A stretch of 64,000 nucleotides of DNA from the human T2T-CHM13v2.0 reference genome, Homo sapiens. A model generated the notes under the pieces. That model saw nothing but the letters and a program-made list of their open reading frames with translations. It was not told where the DNA came from and did not search any database. Positions 27,565-43,146 of this stretch are shown here, one piece after another; position 1 is the first letter of the stretch; every line of letters begins with the position of its first letter. Where the stretch lies: the NCBI RefSeq assembly GCF_009914755.1, contig NC_060931.1; one strand, given 5' to 3'. Made by a program: the position numbers and the translations under genes.

Positions 27565-28186
27565 CCTCCTGTCTATTTCAGTCAATGCCAATTCTCTTGT
27601 CTTAGCTGTTACTCTGAGAATTTGCTGCTGCTGTCTTTTTTTCTTGCTTGGCTTCATCTCATGCTGGACTACATCTCTCTTCCTTCACTTTTCTATAGTT
27701 CCACTACGTGATTGTTGCATCTGGCAATCTTTCATTGAAGTTTTGGTGACTGCAGAGAGCCTAGAAAAAAACTAAAATATTAATCACTGTTCAACTTAAA
27801 TATTGTCACTGTTCTTAGAAACTTCCTACCATCAATTAATGCATGGCTTTCTCACTTGCCATGTCCCTTTGGATGCCCACATCCTCCCATGATATTGTGG
27901 GGCCTTGTTTTGTTTTCCTATGATCCCGTTTCTCTTGTACTATTCTTAAAAATGTCACATTTTTCTTTCTTAGTTATATAGAACATTTTAGGTTTTTCTT
28001 TGTTTTATCCTCTCTTTCCAAACCACAATCTGGGAAGTATTAGAGTTATAAATAAAGTAGTTATCTTTCAAGCTCAAAGAGGTCCATCAAAGTAGATAAG
28101 AGAAAGTATCACCTCATATTAGTATTGACATTTTCCTAAAAACTTTTAAAGCCACTGTAGTAACTGAACCTTGAACTTATCTTCAG

Positions 28187-28239
28187 ACTCTACTGTACAT
28201 TTTGCTGACAACAACGCCTTTTTGACAACCTAGGAACTG
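28187..28239 (+). other. Candidate 53-nt non-coding exon
   Basis: cttatcttcag|AC acceptor and CTG|GTAAGT donor; stop codons in all three frames. Confidence 0.4.
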
Positions 28240-29269
28240 GTAAGTGTTCTTCTGAGCATTTACCCTAAGGGAATGTTCTGAGCTGTCTCCCTGTGCTTTA
28301 TGATCTGCATGGGTGAAGGAAGAAAATTTACATTAAAGAATCAGAATAAAATGGAACTCTAATATTAACACAAGGCATTTGGGAAGTAGAGATAAGCTAC
28401 GTACAGGACCACACGAGACTTACAAAGAGTTGGTTTTGAATGTTTTGAAGTTTATGGCTTATGAGCAACTCTCTTTAATTGTCCTGCCTTCTTACTTGAG
28501 GAACAATTTATGCATAATCTGTATGCAGTAGAAAATCAATGTCTGGTTAAAAAAAATTAGAATTTTTTGCCCATTGTGAATGTGAGGTGTCATTGTTCAC
28601 ATTTTACAATTAAATAAACAAGAATGCTAAGTAGTGAAATGACTCTCATCCATGTATCTTATGAGTTGAAAAATAAGGTCAGTCAACTCTGGTTTCTGAT
28701 TCACTCTTTTTATCTCTAGGAAAGTTCATTCTCTCAAGAATGGAGAAAACATAAGGGGCTATTTTTATAACAGCAAAGAATTACATAGTATGTTCATAGC
28801 CAACCCATTGAACCTAAGTAGTAAAGAATGAAAGTCTTCTTCCTTCACAGGTGGGTTGTGTCATGTGGATCAGTTAACTGATGGGTGAACTTTCTCTGTA
28901 TTTATATATCTTCTGTTGTCCAAATCCTGGCAAACTGTACATTATTAACTAACTCCTTACTCTTGTTTCTGAAGTGTTTAGAAGCTATCGTTTCTTATCA
29001 GATAAATGTAAAATAGTCTTATTAGGTTAGGTTGAAATAACTTGTCATGGATTGAGATTAATGATATTACTTAGTTTTGCATCATCTTGCCAAAACCATA
29101 GGGAGTAACAGTTAAACAAAGCAAGAGAATAACTTGCAACTGAAACAGGAAATGAGTATGAGTTGTCTATTGCCAAATAAAGGTGTCTACAGTAATTATG
29201 ACCTCCAGTCTCTCTTGCACCATAAACTGTTGCAAAATATTGCTTCCTAGATTCAGTGTAGTGAGAGAA

Positions 29270-29362
29270 AGGCTCCTCATAGTTGTAAGAACACTTAAAT
29301 GGGATAACATATGTAAAGAACCTTGAACAGTTTCTGGCATTTAGTAGGGGAACAATAAGCTT
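29270..29362 (+). mobile_element. MIR 3' fragment
   Basis: ctcatagttgtaag...ttaaatgggataacatatgtaaag...tctggcatttagtagg. Confidence 0.65.
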
Positions 29363-29596
29363 GAATTTTCTTTTACCATTGCTTATAAGGTTTTTACATA
29401 GGTAATGAAAAAAAGTTTTTCATGAGGGCTGCAGAAAAAATAATAATGCTTATGCAAATTTGAATAAATTTTCAGGATATTTTCAGCCTTTGTAGTGAGT
29501 GTTTTTTGCTACATTAGTCGGTTTTACTATGTTTTTATATTACTCAGCTAAGACAACAGTAAGTTATCTATTAAGTTGGTATTTTTTCTTTTTTAG

Positions 29597-29775
29597 ATAC
29601 AGACATGAGTAAAATGTTAAATTTGTTATGAATTTACTTAAGAGAACCATGGACAAGAACTTTCTGAAAAGGCTGGGGCAGGAAATCGAAAGGCCAAGCT
29701 CTCTGAATGTTCTGCCTCAGGTGCTGCCAGTTGGGTTAAACAATCATCTCTAAATAAACATTACTCTTGTTAGTG
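29597..29775 (+). other. Candidate terminal non-coding exon
   Basis: Strong acceptor ttttttcttttttag|A; AATAAA at 29753-29758 followed by GT-rich ttgttagtgtgtct. Confidence 0.35.
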
Positions 29776-29998
29776 TGTCTGACATTTTCTTCACCTTCCC
29801 ATCTGCTTGAAATTGCTAGTAGAGTTGCTCCATGTACTCCTGTTCTTGGGGAGTTTACAAGACATTTGATCACTTTCCCTGATTTCCTTTCTGCTCATCT
29901 TCCTGGTAATAACCCAGTTCTTTCTGCTGACTTTCAGTTGTTGCATTTGATGGGGATTCGCTTGCTTTGTTTGTGATTCAAATTTACTCTGAAGCCAT

Positions 29999-30606
29999 TG
30001 TCAGGGCCAAAAGAAAACTTGCCTTTTGCCCTTCGAAGGTTTGCTGAAAATCACTGACAAGAGGCAGATTAATAGGAGAAAATGCATATACATTTATTTG
30101 ATCATAGTTTTACATGACACAGGAGCCTGCAGAATAAAGACCCAAAGATACAGGGGAAATTGTCCATTTTTATATATAGGTTTAACAAAGTATAGATAGC
30201 TGGGTAGAAATATGATTGAGCGAAAATGCTAATAGACTCTTTGGGGAAACCCAGCAAGATTCTTCTTGGCCTCCCTGAGCATGCATTTTTTCCTTCTGGG
30301 TGTGAGGTAGAACCCTCTCTGGAATGGGGTTCTTGTAACTATAGTAAAACAAGGCAGATCAGATAATTTTTCTATGGTCAGTTTGTACACATGAAGGTGG
30401 AAGGAAAGTTAGAATAATATTTTTAGCTTTTATCGCTGGCTTTGTGGAAAAGGGATCTGTGTTCTATGACCCACCTTGGGAAGAGGATTCTAGTTTCTAT
30501 GGCTAGGCTTGGGGGAGCATGGGACTGAGAGGAGGACAGGGGAAGGTCAGAGAAAATTTTGCTTCTGAGGCCTTCATTTTGGGGCATTGTCTTCTGAGTC
30601 ACAACA
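29999..30606 (-). mobile_element. MER39-like ERV1 solo LTR
   Basis: gaaggtttgctgaaaatcactgacaagaggcagattaatagg...ggtcagagaaaattttgcttctgaggcc...tctgagtcacaaca; TSD ccat/acat. Confidence 0.85.
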
Positions 30607-30764
30607 ACATACTTGGTGGTTTCTAGGCTCTGAAATCTGGGTTTCCCCACTTAAAATTTCCATGTAGTCTTGTGGTCTTAACAGGCTGATGCATATGGTG
30701 AGTATTCAACAGTTGTAGATGTAATTTCCTGACACTTCAGGTCATTGATTCCTACTGTTTTTCT

Positions 30765-35512
<4,748 letters not shown>

Positions 35513-36004
35513 GATTCCTATTGTTTTTCTACTGCTGCTTCTAGGATTTGACAGGTTGTATTTCTGTAAAGAGTAATAAACACACAGAAAGAAGACAGGA
35601 ATATTTTACCTAGTGCTTCACTGAAATCAGATTCAGTATATTTATCAATAATTATTCACTGAGGCTATCCTGTCCTTGATTTGGAGCTAGTGAACATGTT
35701 GTATATGTGACATAGAATAATATTTTAACTAAAAAATAAAAATCATAGCCCATCAACTGGATTTTTTGTCACAGAAACCTGATATATCTAGGGAATTATC
35801 AATATGTGGATACTTTGGTGTCAAGCATTAAACATAACCTATGTTGTTAACCACGTGAAAACATTAAACTAGTACACATTTTATTTGGCATGTTATCATC
35901 CAGTGACAAAAAATATTAAAGAATCTTAGTGGAAGGAGTTATATATAACAAACAGGAATAGTAATTTAAGACAAACAATAAAGATAGATATACGTTAGAA
36001 AATC

Positions 36005-36369
36005 TCTCTTAGTCCACTTGAGCTACTATATAAGAAAATACCTTAGGCTATGTAATTTATAAGGAACAGAAAATTATTGCTCACAGTCCTAGAGGCAGGG
36101 AAGTCCAAGATTAAGGTTCCAGCAGATTTCGTGTTTGATGAGCGTTTGCTGTCTGCCTCATAAGATGGCGCCTTCTAACTGTGACTTCACACGGTGGAAG
36201 GGGCAAGGGAGATAACTTGAGCCTCTTTTATTGGAGTACCAAAAATTTATGAGAGTGGGGCCCTCATAACTTAATCACATCCCAAATGCCCCACCTCTTA
36301 ATACTATTGCATTGGGTTTTAGGTTGCATCCTATGAATTTGTGGAAACACCAACATTCAGACCATAGAA
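36005..36369 (-). mobile_element. MST/MLT1A-type MaLR solo LTR
   Basis: ttagtccac...aatttataaggaacagaaa...gggaagtccaagat...caacattcagaccatag. Confidence 0.85.
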
Positions 36370-37380
36370 CTATCTAAAATAACACAATTGTGGTAATTAC
36401 CTTTTTGGCCAAAATATACTTTTAAAGTAATGAGAAACCAGTTCGTACTTAGGTCAAATTATATTTCCAAAAGTTAATAGCTTAGATGATTTTTATTGTG
36501 TCATATAAAAAAGTTAAAAAAATTATATTTAGTTACTTAAGGCTGATGCTTTAAAAAACAAAACTATGTGAAAAGAATCCACTCTTGAGAATGCATTCTT
36601 GTGTTGCTAATGAAAACTTTGCTGTCATAAATAAAAGGAAACAAATATATGTATAAAAGAGAGCTTTTCTTCACAAGTTTTATTTGACCTTTAATAGAGT
36701 CAGGAGATGCTATTAACATCTAAGTAGTTTTAGAATTTCAAGAATGAAGGGATACTCTCTGACTGAAGCATTTTTGTATTTTTAATTCCAAGGCCTGTGT
36801 TATGGTGTTCACATACTGATTAAAGAATTAGTTTTTCCATTTTTCTGCCAATCTCGTAAGCAACAACTTGAATAATCAAACAGATGGTAAATATAAATAT
36901 CTAATATGCAGAATTTTATGTAATCATTTGTGTTAATATTTATCTAGCACTTTAAGTTTCCAACTCCCTTTCATGTTAGTCATTTCCCCAGCATCCTGGT
37001 GCCCATGAGTTTAGGAGCTTTGTTTCTTGCTGGGGAGGCAGGCACCAGCATTGAGAAAATGGACTGGGGTGTTGGGCATCTGAACTTTCTTCTTTTCTCT
37101 TTGGTCTGGAAATATGATAAAAGACATATCTAATATCTTTTGCTTATTTGAAAGAATTATCTAATCCCTATGCTAGATTTATGTTATGTTGATTGGGGGA
37201 AGGGGGAGGAAATGCATGATATTTAGACTAATGGCATGTCAGTTAAGGGCTGGGCTATCTGAAGGAGAAGTGTGAAAGTTTAACATAGCCTTAGCACTTA
37301 TGATGTGTTAGGCTATAAAACCCAAAGTTAATAACACTGCCTTCTGCTGTTGGTTCTATTCAGCTGTCATCTTACCCTTC

Positions 37381-37913
37381 TGTGACTGGAAAGGGGTCTG
37401 GATGCAGACCCTAAGGGAGGGTTCTTGGATCTTGCATAATAAATAATTCAGGGTGAGTCCATAGAGTAAAGTGAAAGCAAGTTTATTAGAAAAGTAAAGG
37501 AATGAAAGAATGGCTACTCCATAGACAGAGACTCTGGTTGCCCATTTTTATGTTTATTTCTTGATTATATGATAAACAAGGGGTGGATTATTCATTCCTC
37601 CCCTTTTTAGATCATATAGGGTGACTTCCTGACATTGCCATGACATTTGTAAACTGTCATGGTGCTGGTGGGAGTGTATTAGTGAGGATGTCCAGAGCTA
37701 ACTCTCATTGCCACCTTGGTTCTGGTGGGTTTTAGCCAGCTTCTTTACTACAACCTGTTTTATCAGCAAGGTCTTTATGGCCTGTATCTTGTGCCATCAT
37801 CCTGCAACTTAGAATGTCTTAACCATCTGGGAATGTAGACCAGTAGGTTTTTAGCCTTATTTTACCCAGCACCTATTGAAGATGGAGTTGCTCTGGTTCA
37901 AACACCTGTGACA
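37381..37913 (-). mobile_element. MER41A-type ERV1 solo LTR
   Basis: Minus strand begins tgtcacaggtgtttgaaccagagcaactccatctt; perfect TSD cttc/cttc; lacks the tandem-GAS segment of MER41B. Confidence 0.9.
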
Positions 37914-37929
37914 CTTCCAGTCTTGCCTA

Positions 37930-38250
37930 CTTCAAACTGTTCCCCATGCTGCTAACACATAGCTACTGAGCAGATCTCTCTTAATACAAATATATTATTT
38001 ACTCCCCTATTAGAAATTTTGTTATAGGCTCTCTGTAGCCTACAAGAAAAAGATAAAACATCCAAACCACCCCTGATCCATCTAGGCCCCCAACCTCACT
38101 CAGCTCACCAGCTACCTCATAGTTCACGCTGTATTAATGAGACAGATACCTCTAGGACTACTTCATACCTCCACACTCTTGCTCCCTGTTCCTACTTCCC
38201 AGAATACCCTCTTCCCAGAAAACCTTTCCCATACCCCAGTTGATTCTAAG
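37930..38250 (+). mobile_element. L2 fragment (3' part continues ~39210-39375)
   Basis: tttactcccctattagaa...gctccctgttcctacttcccagaataccct; later ctagatt...taaggcag...gtcaatagatgtt. Confidence 0.55.
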
Positions 38251-38256
38251 TACCCT

Positions 38257-38911
38257 TGTGACGAAAACCAGAATATTTTACCCCAAAATATACTTCTTTG
38301 GCCGCCTGTTTTAATATGGCTATTCAGAGGGGCTGCAAAACATAAACATAGCCCTGAAAAGCTGCCTGGTTTGTGGGACATTTGCATCTGTAGAGGAAAT
38401 CTACGTTAGTGAAATGAAGTAAACAACAGATGAAAACAGGCTTTCTCTGAGGTCCCCCTTGGATCTAGGAAAGGTTAACTCACAGAAAAAAGAGACTCAA
38501 AGTCTCATACTTCTAAAGGTCTGACAGAGAAGCCTTACAAAAGCTACCATCTATTCTTTTTGAGGGCAGCTCTGAGATTACCTGAAATATTTTCATGTGT
38601 GTAACAAGACAGCCTTTGCTTGACATACTTTCTTCTCTTTACTCTCTCATAACCTGTGATACCACATTTCCCTGTCCCCAGGACCTCCAAGCTGCATTCT
38701 TTCTGTAACCTGAGGGTGTAATGAAAACTTCAGTTATTTGACCCCTCCCTTGAGCCTCATACCTTGTAGTATGGCTCCCATGTCCATAAGCCCGTTAATA
38801 AATTTGTAAACCTTTCCTTTCCACTAATCTGTCTTTTGTTACAGAGGTATCCCAGCTAAGAACTTATGAGAATTGAGAAAAGAAATTGCATATTTTTTTT
38901 CTCCCCTTCCA
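38257..38911 (+). mobile_element. MER34-family ERV1 solo LTR
   Basis: aaccagaatattttaccccaaaatatacttctttggc start; aataaatttgt polyA region; aatctgtcttttgttacag. Confidence 0.75.
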
Positions 38912-38949
38912 TTGCCCTAGGCTTCCATAGACTTCTTACTCATTGGCAA

Positions 38950-39168
38950 CAACAGCATGTTTGATAGTCCAGGCCTCAGACTGGGTTTGATTCTATAGTC
39001 TGTCCTTTACTTTCTGGATAACCTTAACTTCTTCAACCTCCCATTCCTTATCAGTAAAATAAGGTATTTATAATAATAGTACTTGTCTCATAGAGGATTC
39101 AGTGAGTTAATACTTGTAAATTGCTTTGACATTGTGCCTTGCACATTGTAAACGTAATAAATGTTTCA
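38950..39168 (+). mobile_element. MIR
   Basis: cagactgggtttgattc...ttccttatcagtaaaataagg...tgagttaatacttgtaaa...aataaatgtt. Confidence 0.8.
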
Positions 39169-39490
39169 ATTACAATGATGCCATTTTCTATTATCAGTAA
39201 TTATGATTGCTACAGCGTCTTTTGCATTATGATTTCAACAATATCTTTTCCATGAGTTTGTTTTCCTACTAGATTATCTCCTCCTATAAGGCAGTATTCA
39301 TTCCATACTTACGTCTGAATCCTCAGAGCTATGCATTGAGCCTCATTCATGATAGGAAGTCAATAGATGTTACATGCTTACGAGATTGCCAGCTTATTGT
39401 CTAAATTAATATTAAAACATCACACTCTGGACTTTGTAGAATGGCTAAGAAAAGTGTTTTTTCATAGGCTAGAGGTTCAGATTATACGTT

Positions 39491-40060
39491 TGTTACAAAA
39501 CTGGCAAGTTTGTTTGCCCGCTCTGCAGAAACATATCAATATACTGAGACAGTGGAGATTGCAGCAAAGAAAGAGTTTAATAATAGCAAGACCAAAAAGC
39601 AAGGAGATGGGAGGAATCCTCAAGCCTCAAATCTGTCTCCTCAAGGGATGCTGCTCAAGGATCTTTAAGAGGATTGTGGAAGGTGAGGGGCTGGAAAGTT
39701 GAGGTTGTTGATTGGTCGAGGAAAGGGGGATAAAATCATCAGAATGTGGATATTGCATTCTTCCGTGAGTCAGTTCCTTGCTGGGCCCTTCAGACAAGCA
39801 ACTTTTATTAATATGCAAAATCTAAAGGGAAAATTTAAAGTTTATTATTTTATTTGTTTTAGATTTTACCTGTAAAACAAACAAACAAACAAAAAAACAC
39901 AATATCCTGTGACAAGGGGTACATAATAAACAGCAACTACCTATAAGAAAGTGCGCCAAAGAGCAAGCTGGCTTAATAATTACTGCTGATTTTACTGTAA
40001 GCCCAGCTAGATTTTTTGTTTTTCTTAATTGATTTTATATAGTTTTCTTGGGGGTGTTCT
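39491..40060 (-). mobile_element. ERV1 solo LTR (MER4 group, subfamily uncertain)
   Basis: tgttacaaaac...actgagacagtggagattgcagcaaagaaagagtttaat...ggagatgggagg...ctcaaatctgtctcc is typical of antisense MER4-group LTR ends. Confidence 0.7.
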
Positions 40061-40152
40061 GTGTTCATGTACATTTCTAGTACTTTCAGTGTAGTCTCTG
40101 TTGAGTGCTCCTGGGATTTGTTTCTGACAGCCATTTTCTGTTTTCTCCATAG

Positions 40153-40193
40153 GTACTAGGCTCTTGGAGCCTTACATTCTTCACATTTAGAAG
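40153..40193 (+). other. Candidate 41-nt exon
   Basis: Branch-like tctgac, ttttctgttttctccatag|G acceptor and AAG|GTACTT donor. Confidence 0.25.
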
Positions 40194-40303
40194 GTACTTA
40201 AATATTTAATTCCTGTTTTTGAATTTATAATTAAATAGTAAAACTATTTTATTGTATGTAGATATTGATGATGTTATTTATGTATTTGGTTTATGTTTTT
40301 GTT

Positions 40304-40618
40304 TGTTTGTTTATTTATTTATTTATTTATTTACTTTGAGGCAGAGTCTCACTCTGGTAACCCAGGCTGAGTGCAGAGGTACAATCATGGATCACTGCAG
40401 CCTTAACCTTCTAGGTTAAATCAATCCTCCCACCTCAGCATCCCAAGTAGCTGGGACTACAGGTGTGCGCCACGACATCTGGGTAAGTTTTAATTTCTTG
40501 TAAAGACAGAGTCTTGCCATGTTGCCCAGACTGGTCTCAAACTCCTGGACTCAAGTGATCTCCCTGCCTTGGCCTTCTAAAATGTTGGGATTATAGGTGT
40601 AAGCCAGAACACCCAGCC
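40304..40618 (-). mobile_element. AluJ
   Basis: (TTTA)n tail, dimeric body; TSD tatgtttttgtt / tatgcctttgtt. Confidence 0.92.
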
Positions 40619-41371
40619 TATGCCTTTGTTGAAACTCTGAAAGCAGAATGGCAGAAAGTAGCTTTAAGTGAATCAAAAGAAATGATTTTTTCTTATTTTT
40701 TTTTTAAGATCTCAAAGTTTGTAATTTTTTTCTTAACCAAATGCAATATTGTTAAATAGATGGTGTTTCTGAATATAACTTTTAGTAAGTTATCTTTAAT
40801 ATTTCTGTTTCCTTAGCAAGATGAGAGGTCTTCAATGACAAATAATTTTCTTTTAATCTTGGTAGGACTTGTCAGTTCTGCTGGCATAAACATAGGGTTT
40901 TAAATTGTAAACCAGGATTGTTTACTAGATATAGATAGAGATTTACTATAAAATTCTATTATCCAAGACTTCTAAAAGATTGACATATCTTTGGTTATTA
41001 TTAATACTCCCATGTCTGCTCTTATAGTTTTCTTTTTTTATTGCTTAATGCTTCACTTTTCTTACTTTTCTCTGGAAAAGCATTCAGTATGTAGTATTAG
41101 AATGCATAACCTTGTGAGCATATTTATAGCATCTCATTTTTTAATACTGTGATGAATGATTAATCATAAAAGGTTCATCTTTTTTATCCTATGCAATATC
41201 TAATGTATCCATGATTTAATACTTTGAAGGTTTTTGGAGGGATGTTTATTTGAAAGTGGAAATGTTTATTTTTTTAAATCCTTATTCTAAGATTTAAAAA
41301 ATCCTTTTGCTCATGCATACGAGCCCTCTCTTCTGTTTAAGACTCAAGAGGACTTCAAAAAGAAACGTAAG

Positions 41372-41889
41372 TGTTGAGGAGTTTTCCTCTACTCATCTTG
41401 GGTTCATTGACTAGGATTCTGAAAAGTAGACAGACAAAAGTCAAATTAACAAGAGAAAAACAACAACAAAAAAAGCTAATAAGAAGCTTATTAGCGGGCA
41501 TTATGCAACTGGGGGTACTCAGTGGATGAGTAACCCAAAGAAGGGGTTAGGACTTGGGGAATATGAAGCATCTTAACAAAAGAAAAATACATTTGTAGAG
41601 GAATTACAAAGGAAAGAAAAATGCTTCTGGTTTTTAGGGACAGCAGCTGTGAGAAGGCAAGTATATGGTAGAAACCAATGAAAGAAGGTTATTTTAGCAA
41701 GGTTTGCTGCATAGATTCCACTGGTGCTTTCTCTAGTCTAACGAGTTTAGAACTGTCTCCAGTGATTAAGAATACTCTTGCTTTTTCTGATAGAGAGGGG
41801 AGGAAAAGCAGATTTTCTTTGTTTCTACTCCTCAATTGCTCTCAACTCAAAGTAATGCTGAGAGAATGTGTCCATACTGAATAGTTTCA
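41372..41889 (-). mobile_element. MER34A-like ERV1 solo LTR
   Basis: ttttcctctactcatcttgggttc...gacaaaagtcaaattaacaagagaaaaac...ctcaattgctctcaactcaaagtaat. Confidence 0.75.
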
Positions 41890-41924
41890 ATAAATGGCAT
41901 GTATTTGTAAATACTCACACAGAA

Positions 41925-41944
41925 ACACACACACACACACACAC
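41925..41944. repeat. (CA)n microsatellite
   Basis: About 10 CA units. Confidence 0.9.
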
Positions 41945-41972
41945 GTTTCTTTCTGTTTGCATGTGCATACAG

Positions 41973-42062
41973 GTGTAAAACACACAAATCAACCCTAATA
42001 CTTTGAAGTCAAGAGGAGGATCCACAAAGAATTCAAATAACTTATTGAAATTGCAGGAGAAG
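41973..42062 (+). other. Candidate 90-nt non-coding exon
   Basis: tttctttctgtttgcatgtgcatacag|G acceptor and AAG|GTGAGA donor; stops in all frames. Confidence 0.35.
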
Positions 42063-42134
42063 GTGAGAAATTTCTTCCCTCTCTACATTGTCTCCACATA
42101 ATTATAGTTAATGCTGTGGCACTAAAACTCAGCA

Positions 42135-42250
42135 AGGGGTTAGAGCAAGAACTTTGGAATTAGGCTGCTGAGAGTTCCAGTCCTCTTTCTTGCCATTTCC
42201 TGAGTGTCATCTTGGGCAAATTATTTCAATTTTTGTATCAGTGTACTAAC
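42135..42250 (+). mobile_element. MIR fragment
   Basis: ggttagagcaagaactttggaatt...gtcatcttgggcaaattattt. Confidence 0.7.
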
Positions 42251-42255
42251 CATAT

Positions 42256-43146
42256 TGATGCAGGATATTTTTGGTGCCGCTTCACCAGCTGGAGACCTCT
42301 GTGGCCTGTGATATCCCTGCCCAAGCCCTGCTCAGCCCTTGACTTGCTGCTGGAGGTATCCCGCCCACTTGGCTATGCAGGCTGTGTGTAGCTTGTGCCC
42401 TGGCCTGGATCTCATGCTCAGCCTGCAGCTGGGCTCAGTGTTTCCCAGCCCTCCTCTGTTACAGCTCATTCAGTCCCACTGCCCCACTCTGGCCTGTGGC
42501 TCCAGGGCTGGTCCAGTGCCATCACTGCTTCCTGTTACATGGGTCAGCTACCCCATGCCAGCAGAGGGCAGAGGGTCACAGTGTTACAGACTTTTTTGTA
42601 CTCATGTTTGGTGGGTTCCAAGTTCTTGTCCTGCCTCCAAGAGGAATGAGGTTACACTGACAACCGAAGGGTGAGAAGGGTGGAGAAAAGTTTTACTGAG
42701 CAATGGAACAGCTCTCAGTGTAGAGGGGACTCGAAGCAGTAGTCCTCCACTTGAGGGTGGGTAGTCCTCCCTACCCAAAGTCAGGCAGTCCCTCTCTCAT
42801 TGTGGCTGGGTCTGGGGCTTTTATGAGTTCAGAATGGGTGAATGCATGGTGATTGGTTTGTGAGTATACCAAAAAAAACCTAAAAGGCACCACTCAAATG
42901 TGGGCATGATAATGTTAAAAAACCAATTAGGGAAGGGGAGGTGTATACAAAATAGGTGAAGTGTAGGGATCATTCAGAGGAAAGCATGCCAAATGGGAAG
43001 AGAGGTTCTCAATCCAGTCCATACAAGTCTTTATCTGAGACTTGTAGCTTGGCTACAGGCTTTAAACTGTCCTTGGTTTGAAGGTGTGGTTTCACTGGGG
43101 ACCTGCCCCATCTGCCTAGGGATTTTTCTGTCTCCTGCTACTATCA
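42256..43146 (-). mobile_element. ERV1 solo LTR (MER49/MER50-like)
   Basis: Minus strand starts tgatagtagcaggagacagaaaaatccctaggcagatggggcaggtcccc; perfect TSD atat/atat. Confidence 0.85.
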
